Part shown: piece by piece, positions 23,365-24,000 of the stretch | Numbering within the stretch: position 1 is the stretch's first letter | Layout of the letters: each line of letters begins with the position of its first letter | Assembly: GCF_011752625.1 (NCBI RefSeq) | Contig: NZ_VWXD01000009.1 | Coordinates: 73,749-97,748 of the forward strand | Direction: 5' to 3' | DNA: 24,000 bases | DNA from: Candidatus Pantoea formicae | GTDB lineage: Bacteria > Pseudomonadota > Gammaproteobacteria > Enterobacterales > Enterobacteriaceae | Notes under the pieces: model-generated | The model's database searches: none | What the model saw: only the letters and a program-made list of their open reading frames with translations | Told to the model about the DNA's origin: nothing | Program-made: the position numbers and the translations under genes

Positions 23365-24000
23365 ATGGTTCGTCTGACACAACAGCTTTCGCACGCGCTT
23401 ATTCTGACCGCCGTCATTATCGCTGCGGGGTGTTCTTCCACTTCACCAGTAAAGTATACCGACATCGGGGCCACGTCCCGAATGACGCCCAACACGGCTG
23501 ACGACAGCGACCGAATCCCCTTTCGCTACGCCATCCCCGTTGACTGGAGTAAATACCGCAACATCATACTGGACCCCATAGAAATCTATGGCGGCAGCGA
23601 CGCGCAGTTTAATGACCTTTCACAGGAAGATCGGCGAAATCTGGCCGACTATATGCAGAAGAAGTTTGCAGAGGTGCTGGCGCAGAAGTTTACCGTCAAC
23701 GACAGTGCCGGCACTGCTCCCTCACTCCGCCTGAAGCTGTCGCTGACCGGCGCGGAGACCACGCCACAGGTTGTGGGCACCTTTACTAAATTCGACCTTG
23801 CCGGCGGGCCTTATAACATCGTTCAGTCTGTGCGAGGCGGGCGCGGACTGATGAGCGGGTACGTTAACTATGCCGTTGAAGTAAAAGACGACGCTACGGG
23901 CGAGCTTCTCCTTGCCTACGTAGCGGAGCAGTATCCTAACGCCATGAACGTGGGTGCAACATTCGGTTCAATGAGTGCGGCAGAAACGGGGGTAGACAAG
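23365..24000 (+). CDS. Predicted lipoprotein, partial (212 codons, runs off the right edge); resembles the family annotated DUF3313, from memory
   Basis: My translation reads MVRLTQQLSHALILTAVIIAAGCSSTSPVKYTD... with a signal peptide and the lipobox AAGC. It stays open to the end of the window (636 nt, in frame). GGAGA lies 4 nt upstream. It is absent from the ORF track because no stop is reached. Confidence 0.65.
   Translation, partial: MVRLTQQLSHALILTAVIIAAGCSSTSPVKYTDIGATSRMTPNTADDSDRIPFRYAIPVDWSKYRNIILDPIEIYGGSDAQFNDLSQEDRRNLADYMQKKFAEVLAQKFTVNDSAGTAPSLRLKLSLTGAETTPQVVGTFTKFDLAGGPYNIVQSVRGGRGLMSGYVNYAVEVKDDATGELLLAYVAEQYPNAMNVGATFGSMSAAETGVDK

Noticed and set aside
1-24000. Scan for CRISPR arrays, tRNA/rRNA genes, reverse transcriptase or retron-like elements and integron attC/attI structure
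   Set aside because: I saw no regularly spaced direct repeats, no cloverleaf-like or rRNA-like segments, no RT motifs (YxDD) in any listed ORF, and no integron integrase. The hairpin repeats at 14380, 16451 and 16619 are too few and too irregularly spaced to be a CRISPR array.

Overview
Mosaic accessory DNA, most consistent with an Enterobacterales plasmid or genomic island. That placement is an inference from protein families (YedK-like SRAP, Rpn/YhgA-like nuclease, LysR/TetR regulators) and from Shine-Dalgarno style. I saw no rRNA, tRNA or CRISPR array. Left 3.6 kb: a partial SDR gene divergent from a LysR regulator, then a co-directional set of a carboxymuconolactone-decarboxylase(AhpD)-like gene, a cupin and an FAD amine oxidase, the last two start/stop-overlapped (ordinary metabolic cargo). 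3.6-5.1 kb: an IS110-family element whose transposase carries one in-frame TAG, bracketed by a 12-bp inverted repeat. 5.5-8.3 kb: small hypothetical and membrane genes plus a YedK-like SOS-response-associated peptidase. 8.3-20.5 kb: a nuclease-dense, compositionally patchy island. It holds an Rpn nuclease with two small membrane proteins; a tightly linked three-gene operon (ribbon-helix-helix protein / KAP-family P-loop NTPase / Mrr-like PD-(D/E)xK nuclease) behind a phased operator-like array; a stand-alone PIN-like protein convergent with a second RHH protein; a four-gene translationally coupled operon built around a short tyrosine recombinase; and a doubly frameshifted PD-(D/E)xK-like gene coupled to a membrane coiled-coil protein. 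A hairpin motif with a purine-rich loop recurs three times in the intergenic regions of this island. Right 3.5 kb: a TetR regulator, two tandem very small lipoprotein ORFs with a clean intrinsic terminator, two hypothetical genes and a partial lipoprotein gene running off the right edge. The best candidate for an undescribed system is the RHH/KAP NTPase/Mrr-like nuclease operon (9964-14300). The hairpin-bracketed PIN-like cassette and the recombinase operon are secondary candidates. All family assignments come from motif reading and memory, not searches.
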